Below, in pieces: positions 1 through 12,703 of a stretch of DNA of 64,000 nt. Origin of the DNA: Utricularia gibba (Eukaryota > Plantae > Magnoliophyta); contig NEEC01000010.1 of NCBI GenBank assembly GCA_002189035.1, forward strand, positions 1,984,001-2,048,000, given 5' to 3'. Positions within the stretch are counted from its first letter, which is position 1. Each line of letters starts with the position of its first letter. The translations under genes were made by a program, and so were the position numbers. The notes below the pieces were generated by a model that saw nothing but the letters and a program-made list of their open reading frames with translations, had not been told where the DNA came from and did no database searches.

Positions 1-112
1 TGTGTCCTACTTAACACAAGCAGGAGTACGTGGATTACTCCCATCAAGTTGAAGCTTCTTTTGATAATGTGTGCTTCTATGAGGCAGCTTCATCTTCTGC
101 GTTTTATCTCAG

Positions 113-1743
113 GTTAGAACCATTCTGGACATCGAATGTGGTTATGGCAGTTTTGGAGCTCATCTCTATTCGCATGAAGTATTAACAATGTGCTTAGCAA
201 ACTACGAGTCCTCTGGGAGCCAAGTGCAGCTAACTCTCGAAAGAGGCCTTCCTGCCATGATTGGTTCCTTTACAACTAAGCAGTTGCCATTCCCTTCTCT
301 TTCATTTGATCTCATACATTGCGCAAGATGCCATGTTGAGTGGGAGAAAAAAGGTATACTTGATTCTTCTTTGATGATAGAATGGAGCAATCTTCTTTGA
401 TTTGTGATTCTTCGGATGTGGTTCAGAGGGGATACATTTGGTTGAAGCTGATCGGCTGCTGCGCCCTGGTGGGTATTTCGTGTGGACTGATCCACTTACA
501 AATTCTCAGCGCTCCCCTAGAAAAAAAGATGGCCGGAAAAAATGGAACGCCGTGCGGTTGCTTACAGAGAATCTCTGCTGGGAGATGTTGCCTCAACAAG
601 ATGAAACTGTGATCTGGAGAAAGACAAGCAAGAAGAGTTGCTATGCTGCCAGGTAAGGCAACTAGTGCCATCAGATGTTCTCCTCCTCGGCCGTATGTAG
701 TGACAGTTTGTATGGTATCAATGGGGGCGATCTTTCTTTGTAGGAAAACTGCCTCGCCGGTGCTGTGCAGCAAGGACCGTGATGTTGAAACTCCGTACTA
801 CAGAAATCTCCAGCCCTGCATCGGAGGATTCGCTAGCCGCCGCTGGGTCCCCATTGAGCATCGCAGAAGGTGGCCGGCGCAGGCTGAGCTCAACTCCACT
901 GAACTTGGACTGCACGGTAATGCTTTCATTGCTCGTACAAGATGGAGGGAAAAGTAGCTTCGTTGTAATGGAGTTCCCTTCTTCACAGGCCTGCCATCTG
1001 AAGAACTTGCTCTGGATGCCGGCTTCTGGCAAAACGCTGTCACCAACTATTGGTCTCTGCTGTCGCCCCTTATCTTTTCCGACCACCCCAAACGACCTGG
1101 GGAAGAAGACCCTTCACCACCGTACAACATGATGAGAAATGTCATGGATATGAATGCTCGTTTCGGCGGACTCAATCACGCCTTGCTGCAAACTGGGAAA
1201 TCTGTATGGGTCATGAACGTCGTTCCTACAAAAGGGACCAACACTTTACCACTCATCCTTGACAGGGGATTCTTGGGAGTACTTCATGACTGGTGAGTTT
1301 TCCATCTCCTTCCACACTGCGCACTCTTTCGTGGCAAAACAGTCCAATTTCGCAGCCGTGATTCGCAGGTGCGAGGCGTTTCCGACGTACCCGAGAACAT
1401 ACGACCTGGTTCACGCACAGGGGCTACTCTCTCTCGAGTTTTCCGACAAACCAAGATGCCAGATGATGGATTTGTTTGCTGAGATAGACCGGATGCTTCG
1501 CCCCGAGGTTCATATCCCTCCTGAACTTGCATCTTTTATACATTCAGATGCGTTAACAGGCATGGCTGATGGCTTCAAATCCAGGGATGGGTGATCCTGA
1601 GGGACACCATTCGCTTGATCGAGCTGGCGAGGTCCCTGGCGACGCACTTCAAGTGGGAGACGCGCATCGTTGAGATCGAAAGCAGCAGCGACGAGCGGCT
1701 CCTCATCTGCCAGAAGCCCTTCCTGAAGCAGCAACCGAGTTGA
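113..1743 (+). CDS. QUA2: Putative pectin methyltransferase QUASIMODO2/TSD2 family (PMT); 5' part lies outside the window; multi-exon
   Basis: Spliced translation gives VRTILDIECGYGSFGAHL, QVQLTLERGLPAMIGSF, DRLLRPGGYFVWT, SDHPKRPGEEDPSPPYNMMRNVMDMNA, WCEAFPTYPRTYDLVHA, and ends ESSSDERLLICQKPFLKQQPS* (TGA 1741-1743). GT-AG introns. Confidence 0.9.
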
Positions 1744-2353
1744 TTGATGATCGATCATACGAAACTACAGCTACCCAAATACAGCACACTTTTTGTTACA
1801 CCCATCTTCTCCGAAAGCGGTGAAGCTGAGAATTCTTTTTGAAAGGCTGCCGGATTGCAGGCGTGCGGCGGAAGTGGAGCTCTGTAAGTGAACATAAAAA
1901 GGCGAAATGGCTGTGTTTCTGCTGTAACGGGACGATACATTGCGCTATCTTTAGACGGAATATAGAAATTATTTATTATTTAAATTATATATTTATTTTC
2001 CCGAATTATTAATATGTATTTATTTATTTTTTATTAGTAATATTCCTCGAAACAATCGCGTTACGCGCAGTTTGGACTTGGGAAGACCGCGTAAGAATAG
2101 TAACATGCAATCATTTATATTTATTTTAATACTTGAATATTTAGTAAATTAATATTTTATTTTACAATATATTATATCACATTTCGCAAATATTTTCAGC
2201 ATATATATATAGGTGCTGAAGAAGTATAAATTAGAACAGAAAAATATATATCTGGACCTCGGGCAGGTTTGGCCGGGATTCGGCTTTGTCGGCTTCCTCC
2301 GTCGTCGATCGGGATCCTAAGCCTCTTCCATAAGCATCTCAAAGAAAGAGACG

Positions 2354-4029
2354 ATGTCAGTCGTACGTAGCGCTGGGTTCCTACTCATCCCCTTCTTGGG
2401 GCTGCTGATGTCTGCCCAATCTGCTAGGGTTTCGTCATCACCGCCAATTTGCCCCTTGGTCGGCGTCACGGACTTCCTCTTCCCTTCCACCAACCGGATG
2501 TGTCTTGTCGGAGGCTCGGAGGCTCTCAGAACCGGTGGTGTAATTGAGGTATACGTTTTGCTGTGGATGTGGCCACTTTTGAATTCAGACCACCCGTTTC
2601 TCCCGATTTCTTCTTGGCGCTTTTCTGTTTGGTTTATCTGATTTTAGGTTTGTTCCTGGAAACCAGACTGAACATTCTCGATTTGCTAGAATTTTTGATG
2701 ATTAGAAATTTTACATTAAGTTGAAGATCAGGAAGACCTTGGAAGATGATTTGTTATCAGATATTTAATAAAATTATAGCTTTTGTGTGTTCTGATCTCC
2801 TTATGGGTTCCTGTAGTATTGACAAATTACTTGTTTTGAAGGGTAATGAGGTCACCTTGCAGAAGGCGCTGACTATCGTCCACAAGCATGAGTATGACTA
2901 TGTGGCTCTCCTGTTCTATTCATCCTCATGTCCTTTCTCTGCGCAGTTTAGGCCAATGTTCTCTTTTCTCTCATCGGTCTTTACTTCCATTCCCCATTTT
3001 GCAATTGAGGAATCAGCTGTAAGACCAAGGTTGGCTTTCTAGTCACTAGCTTTCCATCCTTTGCAAATAAAATTCATCATATAAGCAACTGAAGAAAAAG
3101 AACTAATTTTTTGTTTCAGTACCCTGTCAAAATTTGGAGTTCATGGTTTTCCTTCCTTTATCCTTCTAAACTCAACCATGCGTGTGCGCTATGAGGGGTA
3201 TCGTACAATAGATTCTATCTTTGGCTTCTATGATGCAATTACCGGTAAGAATCTCTAGCTCTTTGCTTATGTGAATAGTCATTTGGTTGCTGCCCAACAT
3301 TGAAATATGCCTTTTCTTTTAAATTAGTGTCCGTTCAAAACTCGAGCCTTTTTTTTTTCTTATCTTGCTTGCGTTTTTTAACTTTTCCTGGATGTGCTTC
3401 TCCAAGTATTGCCTGCTTAAAAAACGGATGGAATTTACTCTCTTGCTTAAGGAGGCCATTAAGCAAATCATGTTGATTTTGGTATGAGGATTGTTTCATA
3501 ATAGGGCTACACATGTGGTGAATCAGGGTTCATTCCTACGGTTTTTCATCACCCTTGTTAATGTCATTGTGGAATAATCTACTTTGCTTCAGGAAGAAAA
3601 GCATCACCTGACGGTGTGCTGATGAATAAGATTGAATCTTCAATGTGTGATGGAAATCATGAAAGCTTAACAGAAGCCTGCCCATTTTCATGGGCCAGGT
3701 GTCCTGAGAATTTGATTCATCAAGAAACTTACCTCACTCTGGCAACTATCTTTGTGGTCTTGCGACTGCTGTACTATGCATTCCCAACATTACAAAGATG
3801 CACCCAATCTGCTTGGAGGACTTACACAGCATATTTGACAACGAGGAACGTCTGGGAACGCCCTGCTGTCTGCCTTAATCAACTTGTGCATTTTCTAAAT
3901 TCACTCAAGAAGAGAAACTTGCAAGAAGGGGCCAAAAATGCCCAGGCATGGGCGTCAAAATCTCTGGCTTCTGTTTCACTTGGAGACACTGGCTCCAGCA
4001 GTGATGCACCTGTAAGGCGCAACGGCTGA
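2354..4029 (+). CDS. 5'-adenylylsulfate reductase-like thioredoxin-domain protein (APRL4/5 type), 4 exons
   Basis: Signal peptide; VALLFYSSSCPFS; PHFAIEESAVRP|STLSKFGVHGFP; CPFSWARCPENLIHQETYLTLATIFVVLRLLY; C-terminal QAWASKSLASVSLG. Confidence 0.85.
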
Positions 4030-4462
4030 TATTCCAGCGGTTGCACTTTCAGCCCACCCTACCCATGCCCGAAGTTACACGGTCACATTCCTGTATTATA
4101 TAATGTTTCTTATGAAGATGCAATTCGGCTGCTCTGATTGCATCTCATCGGGCTCACCTGTTACTGTTGTAACAATGTGTTGAAAGCAGCGGGGAGCAAT
4201 GATGCCTCCTGACTACCGTATGCTCTCTTTCTCATCCAATTCCTAGTTAACTTGCTGGGATTCCTTGGAGTTGTCAAGAGCCGGATTTCTAGTTTCTTAT
4301 GCTTCAGTACACACTCATGTTTCCTCCATTCACAAGTACAAGTTGGCCCATCTGTTTATTATAATCAATCACTTGTTGCTCCAATGTCCGGACAAATGGT
4401 ACAACTTGGAGTGATTTGATTTTTATTACAAGCAGTGAAGTTTATGTAGCACGCAGAACCAC

Positions 4463-5791
4463 TCAGCTGGTGGTGCCGGCAGCTTCTGCGGCCGGTGGTG
4501 ATGGCGGCTGCGGATTCAGGAGGAACGCCGTCGCGCGGCGGTTGAACTCCTTGGGCTTCTCAAAGATGAAGCCGTGTCCGGTGTTCTTGATCACTGTCAG
4601 CTCCGCCGTGTCCCCCAAATGCCTGATACAAAGAAGAAGAGCTCATGAACCAGACTATGGGTGTCTCCGAGTGTCAGTTATGGTGCAGGTATTGATCAAG
4701 ACACGCGAATCCTTCCCCTCAGTTCAGACATTTAGCGTGGAAAGCAAAGCTTGTCCGAACCTTTTCAGTCGGTGGGCGAGCTCCAGAGGGAACACCTGAT
4801 CCTTGTCTCCCCACACGATCAGAGCTGGCTGTTGTACAAATGGCGGAATAAATTCATTATTTAATATAAATAATCACACCCAAAGACCTCTTTTTGTAAT
4901 AAAGAAATGAATATAATAATTAATTTTGGGGAATCGGGTACTTAGGATTTGATGAGGAACCTGAGAAATCTTGGGGAGCTCCGACAGCTTTTTGCCTTCT
5001 ACCACACACTGAAGCATCTTCCTTTTCTCCTCCACGTTTTGCACGCACATCTCCTGCAAAACACACACGCACACACAAGAGATTGTGTTCTGTTGTAGTG
5101 CAGAAGCTTGATTACGAGTTGAGAAAAGAGAAGGAGAGAAGTAACTGACATCAATGAAGTCTTCCAGGAGAAACCTAGGGATGGTTCTGGGGAACTTGAA
5201 GAAAGTGTACTTGAGGAGTTTCTTTAATTTATCCGCCGTCGCGGGCATCAGGAGGGAGGCGGCTTCTTCGATGGTGTCCACCACGAAGAGCCCGCTTCCG
5301 AGGTCTCGCTCCTCCAGGCAAACGCCGGCGCAGCAGAGCACCACCTTCTCCACGGCGGAGGGGAAGTAGGCTGCCATTCTGTACGCCACAAACCCGCCGT
5401 AGCTCAGACCCACCAGGGACATTCTCTCGACGGCGTTCGCCTGCATCGCGGCCATCAGACACCGCGCCTGGAACGACTCGCTCCGGTCGGGCTGGGCCGT
5501 GTAGGATTTGCCGAAGAAAAGCAGATCCGGGACGTAGACGTTGAACCGGGCCGATAAGTACCTAATGGCCTCGCAGAAATGCCACATAGCGTTGGCGCCG
5601 AAGCCGTGGATGAGGACTAGGTTTTTACGTGCTGGGTTCGGGGTTTTGGGGACCCAGCAATGAATTCGAGTGCCGTCGCCGATATCCGTGGTTAAGGTGC
5701 GGAGGCCCGCGCCGGAGAAGGAGAGTTTGAGGCAGCGGTTTCGCGACGCCGTGAAGCTGAAGCACCTCGGCGGAGGCGGCGGCTTCGACAT
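4463..5791 (-). CDS. Alpha/beta hydrolase (ABHD6/monoacylglycerol lipase-like), 4 exons
   Basis: LIHGFGA oxyanion motif, GLSYGG nucleophile elbow, IVWGDKDQVFP (Asp), NTGHG (His); stop at 4463-4465. Confidence 0.9.
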
Positions 5792-6152
5792 TGCCGCGCT
5801 GGGAAAGCAAAGTCAAAGTGGAAAAAAACATTAAAGATGACTCCATTGATAAGGAAACGCTGCGCCTTTAGAACGCAGCGAGCAAAACGACAGACAGACA
5901 GACTCCAGAGTCTGAATGAGGTCGTCGAAGTATGGCCCAATGCGGGCCCAAGGCCCATTTCAGTTTGATTGGTTTTTTATTTTGTACTGAAAAATTAATT
6001 TGTAATTAAAGAGAAGGTTGATTTGGCGAGATTCGTGTAACGGCTACGGCCAACGCTGAAACGGCGCCGTTTTGTTCTCTTGCCCGCTTCAGTCACTGGT
6101 TCTGGTTCCGGTATCTGATTTTTTTTTTTTCATTTCGATCTCCACTTGCAGA

Positions 6153-8168
6153 ATGTCTGGATGCGGCTTCCGAATCGAAGATTCTTTACGAGCATCACCA
6201 AGCGGCCCCAAAACCTCGAGTTTCTGTTGCGGTGGGTTGTTTCTTGACGCTAATGCTATGTCTTCTTCGATTGTGAAGACATTTCCTGGGGAGATACGTT
6301 CTCGCAGTCATCCTTCAGACTCGAGAAGAAATCGCGCCGAGTTTCTGTGTTTGAGCTTGTCGATTAAAGGGAAAAATGGAGACATTAGCCGTTCGGCTGA
6401 ATATGTGGACGGGAATGCTGCATTGAAGACGGATAAAGTGGTGAAGGTTAAATTGAAAGGCATCGACGCGGTTAACACTTCCAAGCACTTGTGTTCGGGA
6501 GCAGTGGCTGCCATGGTTTCGAGGTCATTCTTCTTTGTGTTATCCTCTTGCTCTAGTTGCACTTGGCGATCATCATGTTTGAATGCTATAGCGTATTTGT
6601 ATAAGCCGCTATTCAAGACGGATTTAATATCTGAATTCATTATCATGGGATTTTTTTTCACACTTCTGCATGCTAATAATGGATTCTTTGAACAGAACTT
6701 GTCTTGCCCCTCTAGAAAGGCTGAAGCTAGAGTATATAGTTCGTGGTGAGCAGTGTGGTGTAATTGAGCTCATCACGAGAATAGCGACAACTCAAGGCTT
6801 GAGAGGCTTTTGGAAAGGAAATTTTGTAAATATACTCCGTACTGCCCCTTTCAAGGCTATCAATTTCTGTGCTTATGATACGTATAGAAAGCAACTTCTC
6901 AGATTTTCTGCGAATGAAGACACGACGAATGTTGAGAGGTTTTTTGCTGGTGCTGCAGCTGGTATTACTGCTACTGTTCTATGTTTGCCATTGGATACTG
7001 TAAGTTTATGATTGTCATTGTTATATATTATTGCATTCTTAATCATATTTCTATTCTATAAAGCATACAAACATGAATTAATCCACATTACAATAATTGG
7101 GTAAGTACATTTCATGTGAAATTTGGAATCCTTGATTTCTAATGACGAACAAGTTATTGTTTCTTCTTAATTTGTAGCAAAAGTATCTGTTGTGGCTGGG
7201 TTTTCTTCGACTGATGAAGGCATTTTGTGTTGTTTCATCATGATTTATAGTTCCAAACTTATGTAGGTCTATTGATGAAACAGCACATGACCAATAGTAT
7301 CTCTGTTTCAGATTAGAACGAGGTTGGTGGCTCATGGTGGAGAAGCAATGGGGGGTGTTATCGGAGCTTTTCAGCATGTTATCCGAAATGAAGGGTTTTT
7401 TTCTCTTTACAAGGGGTTAGTGCCGTCTATTTTGAGTATGGCGCCCTCGGGTGCTGTATTCTATGGAGTATATGACATATTGAAATCAGCTTACCTCCAT
7501 TCATCAGAAGGGAGAAAAAGACTTGAGAACATGAAGCAAAAGTATCAGGATTTGAATGCTTTTGAGCAGCTTGAATTGGGACCCACAAGAACGTTGTTAC
7601 ATGGTGCTATTGCTGGTGCATGCGCTGAAGCTGCTACCTACCCATTCGAGGTTGTGAGGAGGCAACTCCAATTGCAAAGCCGTGCAAATAAATTAAGTGC
7701 AGTTGCAACTCTTATGAAGATAATTGAGCGAGGCGGTGTCCCTGCTCTTTATGCTGGGCTGATCCCAAGTTTGTTGCAGGTATTTGGAAGAACTAAATTT
7801 GTCTCCTTGCTAGAGAAGTATGTGTGCGCGTGCTTTTATTTTTCAAAACGAGATAGCTATTCAGATTATACTCATGTCTAATGAGTGGCATTTCTGATGT
7901 ACTCACACGTAGTTGCATACCATAACCGGGTGATTAAATTCACGTGCAGAAGATTTTCAGTGTAGTTGTAATAATGCTAAATTTTTCTTCTTGTCCACTC
8001 TAATTCATGCGCTAGTTTCTTAAAACCTCAGGGTAACTACAATTTTTTATTTACAGTGACACTCTTATATTTTCTAAAATTCACCTGATGGTAATCCAGG
8101 TTTTACCTTCAGCTTCCATAAGCTTCTTGGTCTATGAGTTCATGAAGATAGTTCTTCAGGTGGAATGA
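6153..8168 (+). CDS. Mitochondrial carrier family, BTL-type adenine nucleotide transporter, 4 exons
   Basis: Three carrier repeats with PxD/ExxK/R signatures: PLERLKLE, PLDT|IRTR, PFEVVRRQLQ. Also FWKGNFVNILRTAPFKAINF; ends VYEFMKIVLQVE*. Confidence 0.9.
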
Positions 8169-9217
8169 TGGCAATTTCTTCTCAACTTACTACCTTGGGA
8201 AACACTTTGCTGTTTGACTGGTGAAGAGTCATGATAGCACTTGCCTCATTTCCGCTTTCATTCAGTAAGGCTGCAGAAATTCTTCTTCCCCGTTTTAAGG
8301 GTTTTGGTTATGATATGTATACGTATTATTCCAAGCAAACTCTGTTGAAATCCTTTTTTTTTTTGCTTACAATTATTCAGTTTTCATTTTAATGGGGGGT
8401 CGCCAATTTCATGTGTACGCCCCCTTGTAATTGAATTTTTCAGTCTTTATAAAGCTGCAAGATTCCTCTCTCGACATCACCGTAGGAATGATTCTCTTTT
8501 ACTTCCCTCTTGATACCTGGTTTCGAATAGTAGTGTACACGCACATCTTAAGCTTTCGAAGGGTATTCTAAAATACGATTTCAATTGATGTACGTAGCTA
8601 CTTATATTTTGATAAAAGCAGCTACTTCTTTGTGTTTGAAATTTGAAATGTTGATGCTGTGAACCGACTCTGGCCATCTAAATCTCATTACTGGGATGGC
8701 TGGAGATGGGCCCTCTGGATTGAATGATCGTTAGTGTATGAACATGGAACCCATTTCAGCGGGAAGTACACTTTTATCCCAAATGGACTTAATTTGAAAA
8801 GTGATGATCAAATCAACTCACTGTTCATGCACATGCTCTTTGTATGAAATCTTTATGATTTTGTACTTGCCATTTGGCTATTGAAGCTTTGGCATGTAAA
8901 AGGTTTTAATCATTCCACATCTGTCGGCAAGGGGCTGTGTACTTTTTGAGTCATCTTCTTGCACTCTTAGCACTCACTCGAAACAAAATGATGTTCATAT
9001 GCATTCACACCAGAATCAGGGGGTATCTTAGCCCGCCGTTCCTTTACATGTTCTTCATTACAATTCAAATAACTAAACAAGTGCATGCGAGTTTTATTTT
9101 ATTATACCTCATGCCGTAATATGATGGCTTTTTGTCATGCTTTATCTCCATCGCCTATTCTGCAGAGGTGATTGAAATTGAGACATGTAACTGTTGTAGC
9201 CATCTCTCTACAACTTC

Positions 9218-9908
9218 TTAACATAAGAGGCTTAAACCCTTGTCAAAGAGTTCAGCTGCAGGCTCTACCGGATGCATGAATTTGCAGTTTGGGCATGCAG
9301 GTGAAGACTTGCACATCATCACCAACAAGTAGCACTTTTTGCACACAGCTGTTAACATCTCTTGCTGGTCCTCTTCAAATGTTAGCCATGAAGGTGATCG
9401 AGTAAGACCGTCCACATTGCTTATACTGCCGGAATTCTTGAAAGGATTATTAGAAAAAAATGATGTTATTCCGGATTCTCCCCTCCTGTGACTTTTTTCT
9501 GCTTGATTAATCTCCGACGGCTGGAAGGATAGATTCAGCTCCAGTTCCAAGCTCATGGGAGCTGGATTACATGACTCCCTCGCCTTATTCCTTGTTTCAT
9601 CGTGGTAGTGTAGTTCTGCTGTCTGTGTTGGTAGAGAAAACAAACGGTGTAAGTATGCCTTTTCTTTTTCAGAAAGCATATTCGAGATGGACAGGGTCGA
9701 GTCAGATGATACGCACCTTTGGGTCGAAGCGCCCTTGCCGGTCTAGTGAAAATGGAGCTGTGCTGCTGCGATATATATCAAAAAGTAGATTCGTGCCTCT
9801 AGTTCTTTCCGGGTGCTGAGCAACTTCTCCTGCATGATCATCCCATTTCCTCTTCCTGGATGAGCTATCCTGAGGTACGTTTTCTTTTGGTGTTTGCAAA
9901 GAGATCAT
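9218..9908 (-). CDS. CURLY FLAG LEAF1/GIR-like small repressor (EAR motif plus C-terminal CxxC...CxxC), 2 exons
   Basis: MISLQ...RKRKW N-terminus, EAR-like LELELNLS, C-terminal AVCKKCYLLVMMCKSSPACPNCKF. Confidence 0.8.
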
Positions 9909-10848
9909 GATGGATGAACCTGAGGAAGGAGCTTGGCTTCCTTGATAGTATGAGATGTTGCTACTAGGTATGTGGAGTGTGCGGAGCCTGCTAATTATAT
10001 AGTGCAGTTCGAAGCAGGGGGGTGGGGTAGGGGCGAACTTACTCTTCATCAGTTGTAGGATGTTTTTACTTGAACCACGTTCATCGGTTCGTCCGGAGCC
10101 ATCCGATTGAAAAATTCACATTAATGCCTTCTGATCTGATGGCTTGCATTGAATAGGTTCCAATTAATGGCGACCCCATGAACCCTGTCATAAAATCCAA
10201 ACTTTCATCAGTAAAAGAATTTTTATGTGAGAGAGTGGAGTTTTAACACAGAATGTATTAGGGAAACAGCTTTTAATGCGCACTCAGAGGTCCCCCTATC
10301 TTCATGTCAACTATTGTGAATTCAAGTTATCAAAACCCTGTTATTCACTATTTATCTCTCTAGCCAAGTTGAATGTGGTGAAGAAATCGAACTATTTACT
10401 CTTCTCTCCGCTTTGGTTTAACTCACCTGATCCTTCATTGCTCCACACACCCTCCCCTCAGTGCCTTGTTCCATCGTTTTCATTTAATGACCTAGAGGGA
10501 CAGCAGGTTTATTTTATTTTATTCATTCAGTTCACACTCACTTCACTCCATTTAAAAAAATTACCTCTCTTTTTTTACTCAACTATTATTCACTCCTGAC
10601 TGTAACTCAGCTTTGCATTCATTTAAGCCTGTGTAGTAGGCAGCCGTGGTTTCATATCCGTATCAGTTACATCTAGGTGTTTGCCTTGTGTTTTACTTGG
10701 TTTTCCAGCATGCATATATGGCAAAAATTGGGTACTCTTTAAGTATATTGAGGGTAGTGAATAGGAGAACAATCTGGTTGGGTACTGATTTGATTGGAGA
10801 TGGAGATTTAGATTTGGAGGGGGCATTGGAGAATTGCTACAGCTGACA

Positions 10849-10886
10849 GGGGGGGGGGGGGGGGGGGGGGGGGGGTGGGGGTGGGG
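10849..10886. repeat. Poly-G tract (about 27 G followed by tgggggtgggg), G-quadruplex-capable
   Basis: Read directly at 10849-10886. Confidence 0.9.
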
Positions 10887-12484
10887 TTCTGGAAATCCTT
10901 ATGAATTCTTTATTGTTGGGGGCATGCATTCATCACCCTATTAACTAATTTGGTGAAGCAGCCGGATTTAAAGCTCTTCTCTACATCTTCGCGGCTATTG
11001 AATTTCACACCACCCCCATCATCTATGAAAGCATTATGATGCAACCCATCCACCTCAACTACCCTCAACTGCCTTCTCATTCCCATTGAATCGATCTGTT
11101 CACTGTGAGGTCTCTTCAGTGAGTTATTTAGAATTGCTTTCTTGTATGATTAGGAAGATCGCCGTAGCCCCCCACTGCTTACCTCTAGAAGCAAAAGGCA
11201 TACAACCGTGGTGCACTAAAGTGACAGGTCTTTAGTGTGTACCTCAACTAGTGAGTGGGTCTTAGAAGGAGGATACTGTTGTAGTATATGTATGTTACTA
11301 AAAGGAACTTGGGTCTGATAATGCATACATTTTGATATGGAAGCTTTATCCCTGAACTAAATGTTAGAACAAGCTTTTTCAATCCCTGAAGTTACATATC
11401 GATGTGAATGCAGGATTCATTCATGTTGTAATTTTTTGACTCGTTTGGCTTGCAGGCGATGACAATTCCGAAGGATGATGAGGGTGAGAGGTGGTGCATA
11501 CTACAAAACATAAAGGTAGAACCCGATTCAGAGTCCCTCTCGTATTTTGTTTCTGCTTTGCAATTCATAAATGCAATGTGAAAACTTTATGATGAAACCA
11601 TCCAACTCAACTACCCTCTTCATTTCACTCATGTTCTCTTCACTCCGTTTGAATGAATTCCATACGAGATTAGAAATGTTCTCAGAACCTGTGGACCCTT
11701 TCCACCTTGCTCAGTTTCAGAACGTTGTTTGTCGATTTTACATAGAACACATGCACTAGTAGACCCAGAATCAGGCAGACATGCTTCTCTAACAAGACTG
11801 CCTGCTCATTTCTCATTTCTCATTTCTCACTTCCCTTGTTGTGCATCCCCTTTAGACATGCTCCTCCAGAATTACGCGTGAGCACACCTGATGAGCAACT
11901 TGTTTTTGTGACATGGGAAACAGCAGGGACAGTGTCTGGAAGCAAGCCGGGCAGCCATGGATGAACAGTTAAGAAGCTTTGGTTGTGTGCATCTATCTGA
12001 TTCATGAATGTGGCAGAGGGGATGGAAAGGGAGAGGGTGTGCGTTGTGTTCGCGGAACAGCAACATGCAACCACTATGCGATTTAATGAGGAAACCGGCC
12101 TACCTGCCTTGCGTTTACTACACTATTCAATTGCATTCAATTCCAAATTGAAAGACAGGCTGAGGCTGAGGAGATGGGGAGGGAGGAGCCCCAGAACCAT
12201 CTATCTATCTGCAGCATATAAATATTTGTCTGTCATTTTCAACTCCACTTTCCCCCCTTTTACTCCCCTCCCTTCCTTTAAACGCGCCCAACCACTTCAT
12301 CTTCCTCTTCACCTCCACATTTATGCCCACCACCAAAGCAAGCTGCCGACTGTGATTTCAACACACACAACCCCACCGTCTCGGTTTTTGAAAATGTGTA
12401 CGGATGGGGGGTTATTAACTGACCCTAAAACCGACAACTCGTCGGAAAAACCAGTTGGGCAGCGACGAGGAGATTGATTTACTG

Positions 12485-12651
12485 TGGGCCCTGCGATGGT
12501 ATGGGTATCAAATGTGAGGCCCAATAGATAAACAAAGCGGCTCGGCCCAATATTGAGTGAATATGGAGGGGTCCTGAATTTAAGGGTAAAATCGTCCTGC
12601 GTTTAAAAGATGAAATAGCGGAAGGGCGGTTTTCGATTCGGGGAAACCCTA
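12485..12651 (+). promoter_or_regulatory. Site II (TGGGCC/GGCCCA x3) plus telo-box promoter of SC35
   Basis: TGGGCC at 12485, GGCCCA at 12518 and 12544, AAACCCTA at 12644-12651, upstream of the ATG at 12704. Confidence 0.65.
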
Positions 12652-12703
12652 GAGTTGCGGACGGGCAGCTTCTCTCTGTCTGGAGGCGTCGCGCGGGGGC
12701 AGA

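Noticed and set aside
125-150. DIECG instead of DIGCG in QUA2 SAM-binding motif I
   Set aside because: As I recall, this variant occurs in other QUA2/TSD2 orthologues, so it is not evidence of inactivation (unverified).
11589-11700. Box C (ATGATGA) suggesting a C/D snoRNA pair in the duplicated motif
   Set aside because: There is no CTGA D box at a suitable distance in either copy, and copy 1 has an imperfect C box.
11772-11803. caggcag...ctgcctg hairpin faintly resembling miR408 arms
   Set aside because: The stem is too short and the mature miR408 sequence is absent.
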